This document shows, piece by piece, positions 49,600 to 63,343 of a stretch of 64,000 nucleotides of DNA. The position numbers and the translations under genes were made by a program. The stretch's first letter is position 1, and every line of letters begins with the position of its first letter. The DNA is taken from the NCBI RefSeq assembly GCF_036588685.1, contig NC_086376.1, positions 17,236,001 to 17,300,000 of the forward strand, in the 5' to 3' direction. Origin of the DNA: Mytilus trossulus. Taxonomy: Eukaryota. Under the pieces are notes generated by a model. It ran no database searches, was not told where the DNA came from, and saw only the letters and a list, made by a program, of their open reading frames with translations.

Positions 49600-52500
49600 G
49601 GCATCTCTGACATCTCTGATCCTCGACATCTAGAGAAAGCCTGACCTAGTGACGATTATTCTACCTACCTGGATTCTACCTGGATTATTGCAACGATCAT
49701 TAAGTTGAACACTTTTTTTGCCACCTCATAATTTAATTTATATTAAAATTACTTATTTTAACTATAAGCTGTGGGCATAAATAGAACGAATAATTATTCT
49801 GTACTGGTATACATGTTGTACAATGGTTTCCACAATGTTTTAAATACTTGTCGCATACATTTATATACTGCTGCATTTATATTAAAATGTTATCTAATGT
49901 TGTGTAGGATTAAACTTCTTCCCATTCCAATGTTCATCATTTATAATATGATTGTTAACAAATATTGACAGATTCTGCACAAACTTTTACTATATATATG
50001 TTAAGACTATTCCATTATGTAGGATTAAACTTCTTCCCATTCCAATGTTCATCATTAATATGATTTTTAAAACATATTTTCAGATTCTGCACAAACTGTT
50101 ACTGTTGAAAGACTATTCCATTCATCAATCATGATCCTTTGTGAAAATGAATGGAGATGAATTACACCGCTTTTTACTTAATTTCTAAGGATGTCCTCTA
50201 GTAGAATTTGTAGATAACTCAAACATATTTTGCCATTTAATATCACCTATCCCATATAAAGCTTATTAAACTTGTATCATTGTATCATATCATAACGATC
50301 TCTTCTGTATTCAAGTGTTGGAAGGCCCAAGGCTCTCAATCTTTCAACATATCTTAACATTTTTATACTAGGCACTAATTTGGAAGCTCGACGCTGGATC
50401 TTTTCAATTCTCCTTATATCTTTCTTTAAATATGGTGACCACACTGGGGTGAAGTTTTCCAACAAGGGACGTATGATTGATGTATTTAAAATAATAAACA
50501 TATCTTTTTCCAAATAGTCAAAGGAAATACGGATTAATGCCAAGACTCTCTTGGCTTTATTCATACATTTAGTAATATGTTTATCAAACTTAAGGTTAGG
50601 CTCAAAAGTTATTCCTAAGTCTTTTTCTTCAGTAACAGGATTAACCTGGACATAATCATCTTCATTTTCTAGCATTGTGTATCTAGACAAGTTATTATTT
50701 TGACCAAAATGCATTACTTTACATTTACTTGCATTAAATGATAATTTCCTTTTTCTGGACCAATCACATAGTCTATATAAATCAGCTTGCAAGTCCTGGT
50801 GTTGTTGCTCCTTAACTCCAGATACATAAATTTTGTGTCGACTGCAAAAACCTTAATCAACCCAGCAACTGCATCCGGCATATCATTAATAAACACCAAA
50901 AATAATACGGGCCCAAGTACACTGCCCTGGGGTACGCCACTTATCACATCAGCTCTAGACGAGTATATATTATTAAGTCTAACTCGCTGGGATCTATTTG
51001 TTAATTTTTTTTTATCCAATCCAAAACTTTTGCTTTAATTCCTAGATTTGCCAATAAGACGCTCATGAGACACAGTGTCGAAAGCACGACTAAAATGTAA
51101 ATAAATTGTATCCACTGAACAAAAATTATCCACTAACGATGACCAATGGTCAAGTACTTGAACAGGAACGTCCAGGTCTAAAACCATACTGACAATCTGA
51201 CAACAGATTATTCTCTAATAAATACTTCATTATAAAAAAGAAGATGTGGTATGATTGCGAATGAGACAACTATCCACAAAAGACCAAATGACCTAGATAT
51301 TAACAACTATAGGTCACCGTACGGTCTTCAACAATGAGCAAAGCCCATACCGCATAGTCAGCTTTAAAAGGCCCCGATAAGACAATGTAAAACAATTCAA
51401 ACGAGAAAACTAACGGCCTTATTTATGTAAAAAAAATAACGAAAAACGAATATGTAACACATAAACAAACGACAACCCCTCAATTACAGGCTCCTGACTT
51501 GGGACAGGCACATCAATAAATAATGTGGCGGGGTTAAACATGTTAGCGGGATCCCAACCCTCCCCTAACCTGGGACAATGGTATAACAGTACAACATACG
51601 AACGAACTATATAAATCAGTTGAAAAAGGCTTAACTCATCAGATGGACAAAAATTTAATAGGACGTGGCCGGGTACTTATAGATCCCGACACAAAAGACA
51701 CAATGAACACAATTTCCGTACAAATGAGGATGTGCTATCCCGTTTGAAATAAGTTTTCTACAGGTACATCCAAACTTCAAAACCAAATCTTTATATCTAT
51801 GGAAAAATTTAGTAAAGGTTTAAAGTAATTTATGGTAACGATATCCCTGGTTTAATAATTAACCAGTAATACATAGGTTGCGTTCTTTAAAATCAAAAAC
51901 GTCACAACAGACACGGGCATAGCGAACAAGTTGTGAAATATAAACACCGTAAGATGGTGCCAAAGGAACATCACCATCTAAAAATTGAAAATTAACAATA
52001 GAGAACGAAAAATCGTCTCTTTTGTCGTAAATTTTAGTGTGGAGTTTCCCGTTTAAAACCGAAATATCAAAAAGGGGAAAGGACAGTTATTACCAAATAA
52101 ATTTGATTTATTTAAAGTAAGTTTCTTGGGGTAAATTTCAGCAGTATATTGAGAAAATTCTTGATTATTTAACGAAAATAATATCATCCAGATAACGGTA
52201 AGTGTTGTTGAATTTATCAATTAAAAGCAATTTCGACGGGTCTTTACTGAGTTTAGTCATAAACTGTGATTCGTAACAGTACAAAAACAAGTCTGCTATT
52301 AAAGGGACACAATTAGTGCCCATTGGGATACCTACAACCTGTCGATAAACTTTGTTGCCGAAACGTACATACATATTATCAAGGAAAAATTTAACAGCTT
52401 CAATCATCTCATCACACCTCCATTAATTATATCTAGCATATTTATCTTTCTCGTTAGAGAATAATGCTTTAAATGAGTTGCAGCAAATATACATTCACCT

Positions 52501-53560
52501 TTACAAAACGAACATTTAATTTAATAGGAAACCTTTTGTTTAATAAGATAGTGTGGAAGTGTAGTGTAAAGAGTAGAAAAATCAAAACTATTAACAGAAT
52601 CAAAAGGACCATCAAAAGCCAGTAATTTATCTAAAACATCCAAAGATTTTTTACACTCCAAAAATGGTTTATACCACTATGTTCATATATGTTATTACAA
52701 AATTTTATGATAAGCTCTTTAATAGTAGTTAATGAACTAGTTAAGAGCACTGACAGATTAGTTGTAGAACACTTACTAGAGACCGAGATGAAACGATATT
52801 TAAATGTTTTTTTGTGTAGTTTAGGTAGGCAATACATAGACAATGTAAATCAAATGTCCAGAAGAAGCCTTACGCTTTGATGTGGTTGTTATATGCTTGT
52901 TTACTATATGACTCTCTGTGAAGCTGATGGACTTGAATGTAGATGAATTTAAAATTTCATTCTTAAGAACGTCCGTGTAGTATTTACGGCATACCACCAC
53001 CACAATGTTGGCTGCTTTGTCGGCTGGTAATTTGTCTCTAATAAGTGATTCGCACACTTTACAAATAACGCATGTTAAACTTACTGGACGATAATTACAT
53101 GGCTGTTGTTTATCACCTTTATTTTTAAAAATAGGTGAAAGTATTACATTTTTCCATTCTTCTGGTAAAACACCTTCTGATAAGGATTTATCAAAAATTA
53201 TACATAACGTATAACTTATAGATTGTCTCACTTCATATAAAACTTTAGAATGAAGGTTGTCGGACCCTGCTTACTTGTATACATATAAATTGTTCAGCTT
53301 TTTTAAAACATCAACAGTAACTGAGATATCTAAAAGTATCTCTTCCATATCTTTCACATTAGATTGTTCATTTAAATCTTTTGGATGTGTAAATACACTA
53401 CTAAAGAAAGTATTAAGTACGTTTACGTTTTCAGTGTCATTAATAGCTAAAGAGCCATCAGACTTCATTATGTTACCCACACCAGTTATTGTTTTCAATT
53501 TAGATTTGACATATTTTCAGAACGACTAACAGTTAGTTTTAGACTCTAATGCTACCTTCA
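49600..53560 (-). mobile_element. CR1-clade LINE ORF2 fragment, decayed and split by a 1.8-kb insertion
   Basis: LNTFFSSVFT; EEWKNVILSPIFK.KG..CNYRPVSLTCVICK; QYGFRPGRS; FSRAFDTVSHERL; SGVPQGSVLGPVLFLVFINDMP; KCKVMHFG, EEKDLGI, IEKIQRRASK; frameshifts present; boundaries approximate. Confidence 0.9.
51234..53030 (-). mobile_element. Penelope-like retroelement fragment (RT + thumb + 3' terminal repeat) nested in the CR1
   Basis: PADKA, LPKLHK..RFI..KCST, FDFSTLYTTLPH, GIPMGTNCVPLIADLFLY, RYLDD, IYDKRDDFSFSIVNF, SYGVYISQLVRYAR; followed in the same orientation by the abundant repeat at 51712-51234. Confidence 0.88.
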
Positions 53561-53859
53561 GTGGATGTTTGTGGTGGGGGCACTAAATATTTCTTAGAAA
53601 CTTGCTCAGACGGTGACCCGTCGCCGAATCTGGCTTTTTATTTAGATTGAGCGATAATGCCTATAGTTCATCAGGGTTTGAAGAGTCGTTGTTTAAATTT
53701 AGAGCTGGAGGTGCAATCTCTGCAAATGACTCGGAATGTTTGGCCAAAAATAACCTTAGTCTGTGGTTATTCCTTACAGAACGGGACTTTGGTGACTTCT
53801 TTAAAGGTACATTGTATAGTTTGATTACATTCTAGCGATACTTGTACACATGAGAATGT

Positions 53860-54420
53860 TGATATTGTAATATTACATAAAATCAATATTTACTTAACAA
53901 GGAGCCTTTAATCTTTAAAAATAATTGATCGGACTAATTTTTGAACTCTTCTAAGACATTGAGGATATAAATCTACATGCATAATATAAATATCATAGAA
54001 AAACCTGCCAACATGAGAACGCTTATAAGACAAATTTCTATATAATTAATATTTCCAAGTGACATAGGTATTTTAGAAATTACTGATCGTCACTAATTTT
54101 CGAACTTGTCAAAGACTTTCTTAAATAAACCTATAATTTAAGTTTCATAGAATTGTGGCAAGAATTGTACATATGACAGCACAAATAATGCAATTTTCCA
54201 CAAATTTAATATTTCGAAGGGACATCACTCCTTTAAAGATAATTGATCAGCACTGATTTTCAAACTTGTCCAAAACTTTGTTGATTTAAATCAATATTGT
54301 AAGTTTTATGAAAATCTAGCAAGAATTGTACAAGAACAAGTGCTAACAAAACAATACAAACGGACGCACAGACGGAAGGACGGCGTTTCTATATCCCCCG
54401 CAACGCATTGCAAGGGGAAA
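53860..54420 (+). mobile_element. Helentron/HINE-like element with internal ~150-bp tandem units
   Basis: Three related units (..TGATC..CTAATTTT.GAACT..TC.AAGAC.TT), GACG/ACGG microsatellite, 3' hairpin CCCC.GCAA..TTGC..GGGG. Confidence 0.55.
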
Positions 54421-54499
54421 TTTATTGGGAAAAATTATAACAATTTGGTGTAATTTTTTGACAAATATCTAAATATTACGATAGACAGATAGAAACTTA

Positions 54500-54775
54500 T
54501 TGACATGAATATCAATTATATGGTCCTTTTATAAATTTTCTGGTTACAAAACTTTGAATTTTTCGAAAAACTAAGGTTTTTCTTACCCCAGGAGTAGATA
54601 ACCTTAGCCGTATTTGGCACAACTTTTTGGAATTTTGGATCCTCAATGCTCTTCAACTTTGTATTTATTTGGCTTTTTAACTATTTTGATCTGAGCGTCA
54701 CTGATGAGTCTTATATATGTAGACGAAACGCGCGTCTGGCGTATAAAATTATAATCCTGGTACTTTTGATAACTA
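54500..54775 (+). mobile_element. Non-LTR retrozyme, 5'-truncated
   Basis: Homologous to the other copies; ends CCTGGTACTTTTGATAACTA. Confidence 0.9.
54693..54741 (+). ncRNA. Type I hammerhead ribozyme, intact core with enlarged loop 2
   Basis: GAGCGTCA-CTGATGA-GTCT(TATATATGT)AGAC-GAAA-CGCGCG-TC^TGGCG. Confidence 0.88.
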
Positions 54776-56972
54776 ATTATTACCATAACAAAAATTCATC
54801 GAAAAATCAAGATCTACAAATGAGTTAATTAGTCATAATAGTCACCAACTCCTTATTACTATAGTTATTGACCTTTAAAGGCGATTTTTTCAGGTTCTAA
54901 GTTTTAATATTTTTGCATATTATCTTGAAAACTATACAGGATAAATAGACTCTTTGAATTGCAGAATTATCTAAAACAAGTTGAATCTATCCAAATCGTT
55001 CGAAGAAACTTTATACCTCTGGAATGATTGCCCTAAAATGAAGATCTTGTTTACCATGTTTACTCTATTGGACAAAAAACTAAAAATAGAAAGAAACTTT
55101 ACACCGAGCAGTTAAAAATCTCGAATAACATTTTCACGAATTCTACTTCAGTCTATGATGTTGGAGATTGTCCATTGTTGAAGATGCAAATATACCAAGG
55201 TGAGCGACACGCGCAGGTTCTTTAGAGCCTGTAGCTATTATATTACAATTTAGTTTGTAACGCTACTGGTGGACTATAAATCATCCATGGTACCATTAAA
55301 GTTCTGGAATTAATATTGCATACTTCATACAAAGTCAATGAATTTCATTCCGACCGGATAAAATCATGCAATGTAATGTTTTAATGGCTTTCCACTGGTC
55401 ATTTTACGGACACTTTATAGTTTGATGTTCGGTGTAAGCCAAGGCTCCCTGTTGAAAACCGTACTTTGACCTAAAATGGTTTATTTTTTACCATGTTTAC
55501 TCTATTGGACAAAAAACTAAAAATAGAAAGAAACTTTACACCGAGCAGTTAAAAATCTCGAATAACAAGATATCACCATAATGGATAGATGTATAAAGAC
55601 AAGGGCATCTAAAAAATAAGATCAGCAGCAACCAAGGCAAAGAACAACATCTTCTCAGCTAGGTTTTTAAATTAAAATTAAACTATTAAAATCTTCCTAC
55701 TTTTACGGCAGAACTCTTAATTGTTTAATCAGCATATTACATAGAAGCGACAAATGCCGATTATATATGTCAAGTCTGTTGAAATTGGTTAAACTTCCCA
55801 ATTTTTATAATAAAACAGGTTTTCCTGCACGTCATCCCAAATGATATGCACTATACTCTCCATGGTTAAATTAAAGACGTTCTCAAGTCAATTTCTTTTA
55901 TTCCTTCTATGCACATTTAAGAATTTAAGTTCCAAAAATTTAGTATTAAAGATTATTTAACATGCGTAGAAATTATGGGGAAAGTATACAAGTTTTAAAT
56001 CCATTTATTTCGTGACTTCAATGGCAGAAAATAGAGAATGGAAATGGGGAATGTGTCAAAGAGACAACTAACAGACCATGCATAGAGCAGACAACAGTCG
56101 AATGTTTTGTAAATGCAGCGAGAAACTCGCATCAGGAGGCGTCCTTCAGCCCTTAACAAATATGTATACTAGTTCAGTAATTATGAACGTCATACTAAAC
56201 TCCGAATTATAAACAAGAAACTAAAATAAAAAATGATACAAGATCTATTAATAATATGCCAAGCTTCTTGAATAAATAGTTACTATGCATCGACGTTTTT
56301 CCAGATTTGAAAAATTTCCAGTTCATAAAGTCCGAAAACTGGAAATTTTCTCTCTCGTGATCGTCATGTGTTTGTGTAAACCAATCACAATAACAATATT
56401 TACATATAATAATTTGTTTGCTGCTAAATACTGGAACATGTTCTTTGAAATCATCCAAGTGCTGCAATATCAAACAAAATGGTTAATATCGATTGGTTGC
56501 TTCCTATAAGGTAGGGACAATTTTATAATTGCATTTAAAACCAGCTCTTTAAAACGCGAAATAAAATCTCATTCTGGAAACATGTGATATATTATATATA
56601 ATAGATAAAAACCACGTTTGATTTGCAGATTAAAGTTGATAAAATTAAATTATAAAATAAATTCATACTATTTTATGTTGTAACATTTACCATACTGATG
56701 TTAAGTTTTATTTAAATGTTAATATTGCACCTCTGGAATTATTTCTTCCAATTGTCAAGTGGAGCGTGTCACTGTTTACACACAAAACCACGTGTCCCCA
56801 ACAAGGAAGTAAGATTATAGCACAAGAGATTATTGTTAATCATAAAGGAAAGTAAATATGTTATACACCTTAAATTCGAAATTGCTTTTAGACGTAGCAA
56901 CCTCGAGATGAGTCACTTATCTTGTTCCTGTAGTTAGTGGCCTAGCTTCATTGTAACATGCATGTTGTTGAC

Positions 56973-59900
56973 ATGAAAAGGAGCTACAATATACTTGATT
57001 GTAAGTTATTTTTATTAATATTTATACAGATTTGGCTACATTTAAGTTTTGGTTTGATCATCGGATCAACGTTTGTATGAAGTTTGGATTTTTAAATGTC
57101 TTAGTCTCAAACATCGCCGAAGAGACATAGGCTTATCTAGTGCAGTAAAATTAGCACAGTGTATGTTAACAAATTTAAATATAACGCTTCTATTTCTGTT
57201 TCGCAGGTATCATGCTGTCTTTGAGATTTACAGCATCTTGCTGTGGTGGCAGATTTCAATCCAAAAGATCGGCTGTGGTAAGTGTTGTAGTATTTTCCAC
57301 AAGCGTTTTAGTGAGAAAAAAAATGCTTTTAAAATATTAAATTTTCTATTTTTGTACCATCTATCCATAATAACTGCGCATGTCTAACCTAGATTCGAGT
57401 GAATTTACTTACTCTGATACACCCCCTCATTTTACTATTACGGTCACGGTTTGTACTTAACAAGAGTTCAAAGGCAAATCTCCTCATAGATACGGCGTAC
57501 TTGAATTATTACATTACGGAAAATATACGCTTGGTGAATGTATCCCCGATTTATGAATCTGTTTGTTTGTTAATTGTTAATTTTTATCAAATAAATGTTC
57601 TTTAATATTCCAACCTATGTTCATGTATTTATATATAAAATGTCCCTCGATATATTCTCATTTTCTACGTACATGTATAAGAATAAAAAATAAGGAATTA
57701 AATTGTTTATTATGGTGTCACATATTGAATGAAACAGGGCATTCACACAATATTCATATACACACAAACAACGATCAATATCCAGCCAAAAAATGACTTG
57801 AGAGACACTGATCCTTAAAACTAAAATATATACAAAAATGTACTATTGAAACTAAATTCTGAGTAAAAATTTAAATATTTAGAAAAAGGGGTTCTATGTA
57901 CGCCTGTTTTACGAACGACGTGATAATTTTTACTTGCGTATAATATCAATGTCACCCAAATTTAGATGGATTCTCATAAATTCTATGTATAACTTTTGGA
58001 CTAGTTTGAATCTCGGTCTATTTCTGTAATTTATTCTTACATACTTTTGATTTTTTAACCCTGTATGCGTACATTGCCTATGTAAATTTTAAAATTGTTT
58101 GTATGCACATTGACGTATATAATTTTTCTGACATCAGACACTCAAATCAATCCATGTGTTCGTAGATAGTAGATGTTTTTGTGTCCTGTTAAATTGTTCC
58201 TTTTAAAATTGTTATACGATGATGACTGATGTACCCATATTTTGACTATTTTATTAATTGTGACTGTTTATTTAACGCATCATGTAAATGTAGCGGAATT
58301 TGATGAGACTGTTATTAAAGTGAGAGGGTTAGCGCTATAGAACCAGGTTTAATCCACCATTTTCTACATTTGAAAATGCCTGTACCAAGTCAGGAATATG
58401 ACAGTTCTTGTCCATTCGTTTTTGATGCGTTTTGTTTTTTGATTTTGCCATGTGATTATGGACTTTCCAAATTGATTTTCCTCTGAGTTCAGTATTTTTG
58501 TGATTTTACTTTTTATAATTGTCCCTGAGCGGTCTATTGCTATTTCTTTTCTTTTTTTAAAATTTAAAAATGCTCCCTACTGCCTCCGTCAAACTATTAA
58601 ATGTTGATAGTACATGAAATGTAAAAGATAGATGTGCTATATCAAATAAAAGGCCAGAACAAGGATACATTTCTTTTCATTGTAGATGCGTTATGCTGCA
58701 GGCTAGAAATTATGCCGAGTCCGTTATTTGGAGAAGATATGAATATAACAGCATATGTATCAGAAGTCACTCATGATATTGGAATTCGTTGGACTAGGAG
58801 GGACTTTAATACTGAACGTCACAATGAAGATCAAAGTTTGATGTTCTATGGGTTACCTTTTAAGAGCGAGTTTAAACATAAATTCACAGAGCTGATAGGA
58901 TCACATACCTTCACTTTCACCATACACAATCTGACACATACAGATGTAAATAAGACGTACAAATTGTCGTATGGAATTGATACTTGTGAAGTGAATCTTA
59001 CTTTTGTTCATGAACCTATCATAAATGGTAAATTCAATTGTTAACTTTAATAGGTTTATCAGTTAGATGTCCAAACTATTCAAAAAATAAACACATTGTT
59101 ATCAAATATCATTGTATGGAAACATTAAAAGGGTATGAATATTTTCATATTACATTTCATGTTTATATATTAGGAAATTGGTAAACTGGTAATGTTACAG
59201 TAATTATATTTTAGTTCAGTAAACATGTTTTAATTGATCAGTTAGTAAGGATGTTATAAACACGTATTTTATTATGAAATATAAAAAAACCTTTTTTTTT
59301 ATAACTTAAATACAAGAAGTTATGACAAGTATATACTATTTAATTTCCAGACCAGTCTGCTGAAAGGAGTAGACCATTCAAAGTTACAATGATTGCTGGT
59401 ATCATAGCAACTACTGGAACAGTTTTGTGCTCAGTTTTGGTATTGTTTGTAATCGTGAAAATCTGTAGAAGAAAAAGGCACGAAAGACGTAGACGAATGA
59501 GCAAAATAGATGGTAATTGGCATATTCCTACTAATTGGAAGATAACTGTATTGTATTTTAAGTTTGGCCTTCGTAAAACGTCGATTTTACTGTCGCAAAT
59601 TGAGTTTACCTAAAATATTTGTCAACGTCTAATGAAAATTATCGTTACAAACTAATTGCATTATAATTGCATTTTACTGAGTTAATATTGATAGACAGTT
59701 AATTGAAATTCATAATTAACAAACATGTTTCAAATAAACACTGGAAATTTGTAGTGCCTCTATTGATCTTGGGTGTCCAAACTGAAGAATGCAGACCCAT
59801 TACGTTATATAGAGTACCGTTTTGCCCTTGGTAAATCGTATGTTTTATTTTACATAACTTGCTTAGTAAATATCGTTGTTATAGAATGATTAGAAAAAAG

Positions 59901-60045
59901 ACGTTGTATAATGACTTTAAATAGTATTTGTTTTTTAATATTTGTGTTATCATTCATGATAATTTCTAATTTATTTTATCATTTTTTTTAAGATCCACTT
60001 ACTGAGAATGTATCTGTACATACAACAATGATAACAGAAACGTAG
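56973..60045 (+). CDS. Single-pass membrane protein with a divergent Ig-like domain, 5 predicted exons
   Basis: Exons 56973-57070 (uncertain), 57207-57277, 58686-59027 (GEDMNITAY..IRWTR..FTFTIHNLTHTDVNKTYKLSYG), 59351-59512 (TM IAGIIATTGTVLCSVLVLFVIV + basic stop-transfer) and 59993-60045 (DPLTENVSVHTTMITET*); all joins AG/GT and in frame. Confidence 0.7.
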
Positions 60046-60558
60046 CATCGACTTATTTCATCGCCTTGGCCAGTTTGTAAGAAGACCACAAAGTGTTCAA
60101 GTAAAATCCCAGAGACACATGCACATGATGATTTCTGCTTTGGGACATGCATGTGCATTCAACGTTATATTGAACATTTGTATATGTAAATAATCACGTG
60201 AAGTAGAATGTACAATGCCTAATATATAACGTTGGTATTTTACTGATTTTGTTATGCCATTGAACTATATAAAACTATAAGACTATTGTTAAGTTAATCT
60301 GTCTACTATCGTACTGCTTTATGCATAATTTACTTTTAAATGAACGATATCAAATCAAAATTTGAGGTATAATATGTGCTGGATCTATAATTGTTATTTT
60401 TTATACATTTTAACTTGGATAGAGCGTTGTCTTATTCTCATACCCCATCTTCTTATTTATAATGACATGTCGGGCATATATATTTTTATATATTTTAGAT
60501 TTTTTGGAATGCATTTTTAAAAGGCATTTTATCAGTTATCTGTTTATTTATTTATCTG

Positions 60559-60594
<36 letters not shown>

Positions 60595-62859
60595 GTTGTC
60601 TCCTTTTTGTTATAGCTAAATATTGTCACATTAATGACATAAAACATGTTAGTCATGAGAGATTTTGGTATCTTTAGAATAGTTCAGGGAATATTAGTTT
60701 CATTTCAAGTGAAAACTTCCATACATTGCTTGTAAAATTTCTGCAGTACTTTTGAAGAACTACTTATATCTGAATATTATTTTTTTTTTATTTGTATGAC
60801 AGGTCATGTACAATATATCAAAACGCATTTTGTAAAGATCTGAAAATACCAGACTTTGTAATTTGTATACTGGAATTCAAACTATATCTTAACGAACAAA
60901 TTTTCCAAATTTCTATAATACGTAGGAAGTAGAAATAAGGAATATAGTTTCAGGTTTTAAATTTGGATTTATTGTAAACTTTCAAAACATGTAGCATTTA
61001 ATTATACATTGTTTACAGATTCATAAGAAATTGATATGTTAACGTAATTGAGTTTAGCTTTACAAACGTCTTTTTTTTAAGGTTTACATAATGACTTATA
61101 TTAGTATTTATTTTGAGTGGTTTTAAATGAACTAGTCAGTTTGTATATGTCAGCTGGTCTTAGACAGCTCACTCAAACAGATTCAGCATAGACATTGAAA
61201 AAATATGCTAGTTTTACAGTCTGTTCAGTATTATGCCCCCCCCCCCCCTAAGCGGAGGCGGCATAACATTTGATCCCTTGTCAGTTCGTACGTCCCGAAA
61301 CTGGTTTCCGTTCTGGTAATAGTTTGCCTCAACCAAATGTTATGAAATGTATGCACAATGCTTGTTACCACAACACAAAAATCAGATCAAGTGCAAATCT
61401 GTGTAGCATTTCATTTACCGTCCTTTAGTTATATGAATGCGGAGGTATCATATGTGTCCCATGTTCACGTTCCCCGTTTATTTGCTATTGTTGGCTGAGT
61501 TTTATTTCTTTAACATGAGTTCCAATTTATCCCCGAAATACATATACACACATTCCTATTATATTTCATCTATTGATAGTTGAGTTTATGATTATGTCCG
61601 TTTTATTCAAGTAATAAATCTCAGGTATATTGACTCTTGTTTCCTGTAACCAACTTAGTTCCCGCTTTAAGAATATTGTTAATATGCAAATTTTGTAAAC
61701 GATATCAATTCCAATACTTTACATAAACATATTGCATTAATAAACGCCCAAGGGTCCTCAAGACATTGCTTTAGAGATCTGAATTTGTGTGTTTTTAATA
61801 AGCAAGATGTGGGTTCGTAAAAATCAACACTGCCATTCTGCGATGTAGTTAGGTTTTGGAAGTTAAGAACATTAAGTGAAACCTTAATTTATAAAAAATG
61901 TCAAACAGACTTCGTTTCGACCCATAAGATGTTATTGATACTGCCGACAGCTCAAAAAATATTTTTTGTTATGTGTTTCTTTCAATTTTCCTTTTTTATT
62001 GTTAATATTATGTCGCATGAATTTATGCATGCTCATATCATTATATGTAATTTATATTGTAGTCTTCATTTTCTTCTTGTGTATTAACTATGGTAATAAA
62101 ATATACCAAATAAAGTATGTGTATACTAGTTCATCTTCAACCATATGCATTTATAAGGATATGGTATCTTTGATAGTAATTTAAATGTAATCATTTATTT
62201 ATGATCAGGATTAATTTGTATTTCATCAGCATTTAATGGACATTATTGTCGAGTTAATGTACACAAAAATAAGCATGTTTCTGTTGCTAAAATTTTGCGC
62301 TTCACTGGTAAAATGGCCTTTTAATTTGCTTTAATTTGTTTATTTTTCTTTTTTTTATATATTTTTAAAAAATTACTGATTTTAGCTTTTTCAAAAATTA
62401 ACTTATATAACTATTAAAATCATGCAGGTAAGCAAAAAGTCAGGTTCCTCGTCAGATTTTACCATTACCGTTAGATATAATATGTTGTTATTTGAAGTCT
62501 ATTTTTGACGATATCTGTTATTCTTTATATGTATTATTCATTTAAGAGAACGATAAATTCGTGTAATTTATATAGCTTGTATTTAGCAAAATAGATTTAT
62601 TTCTTGAAATTCGTCAGTTTTGACTTTTGAAGGATAGTGTTATCTTAGGTGTATATACATTTATAAAATGTTGTCCATTATTTTCCATTATTTCAAATTG
62701 ACTGAGACATCAATACGTTGTTACTTTTATCTTCCATAAACATAGAGTTGCGAGTATAATCATTCGTTTGGTATGTTTTCTTATGCATTATTGTAAGTTG
62801 TAATGAGAAGCATGTACATTCATTAAGAATGCATTTAACTGAGGAACACGAAAGTGTCA

Positions 62860-63343
62860 AAAGAACACGGATGCCCCACTTGCACTATCATTTTCTATGT
62901 TAATTGGACCGTGAGAAAAATCTCTAATATGGCATTCAGATAAGAAAGATCATATCAAAGGGAACATGTATACCAAGTTTTTAGTTGATAGGACTTCAAC
63001 ATCATTAAAATCAACATTTACCAAAAGCTTTAACCTCAAACGGGACACACGAACGAACGGACGGGTGCACAGAAAAAATATTATCAAAGGTACCAGGATT
63101 ATAATTCAATACTTCAGACGCTCGCTTAGTCTTCATTTTTTTCGAAATTTTAAAAAGTTGTGCCAAATACGGCTAAGGTAATTTATTCCTAGGATAAGAA
63201 AATCCTTAGTTTTTCGAAAAATTCAAAGTTTTGTAACAGGAAATTTATAAAAATGACCATATAATTGATATTCATATCAACAGAGAAGTTCTGACTAACA
63301 AAAACATAATGCCCCTCTACTATCGTAGGTGGGTCACAAAAAT
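62860..63343 (+). mobile_element. HINE-like element interrupted by an internally deleted retrozyme copy (63078-63297, minus strand)
   Basis: GATGCCCC subterminal motif, ACGA/ACGG microsatellite, then retrozyme sequence, then ATAATGCCCCTCTAC..GTAGGTGGG hairpin. Confidence 0.6.

Noticed and set aside
52821-53231. 136-aa ORF as a genuine gene
   Set aside because: Chance in-frame junction of two decayed retroelements; downstream frames are broken
57001-57006. Strong GTAAGT donor for exon 1 of the plus-strand Ig-like gene
   Set aside because: Gives the wrong phase for the downstream exons from ATG 56973; the weaker donor at 57071 keeps frame, though exon 1 remains uncertain
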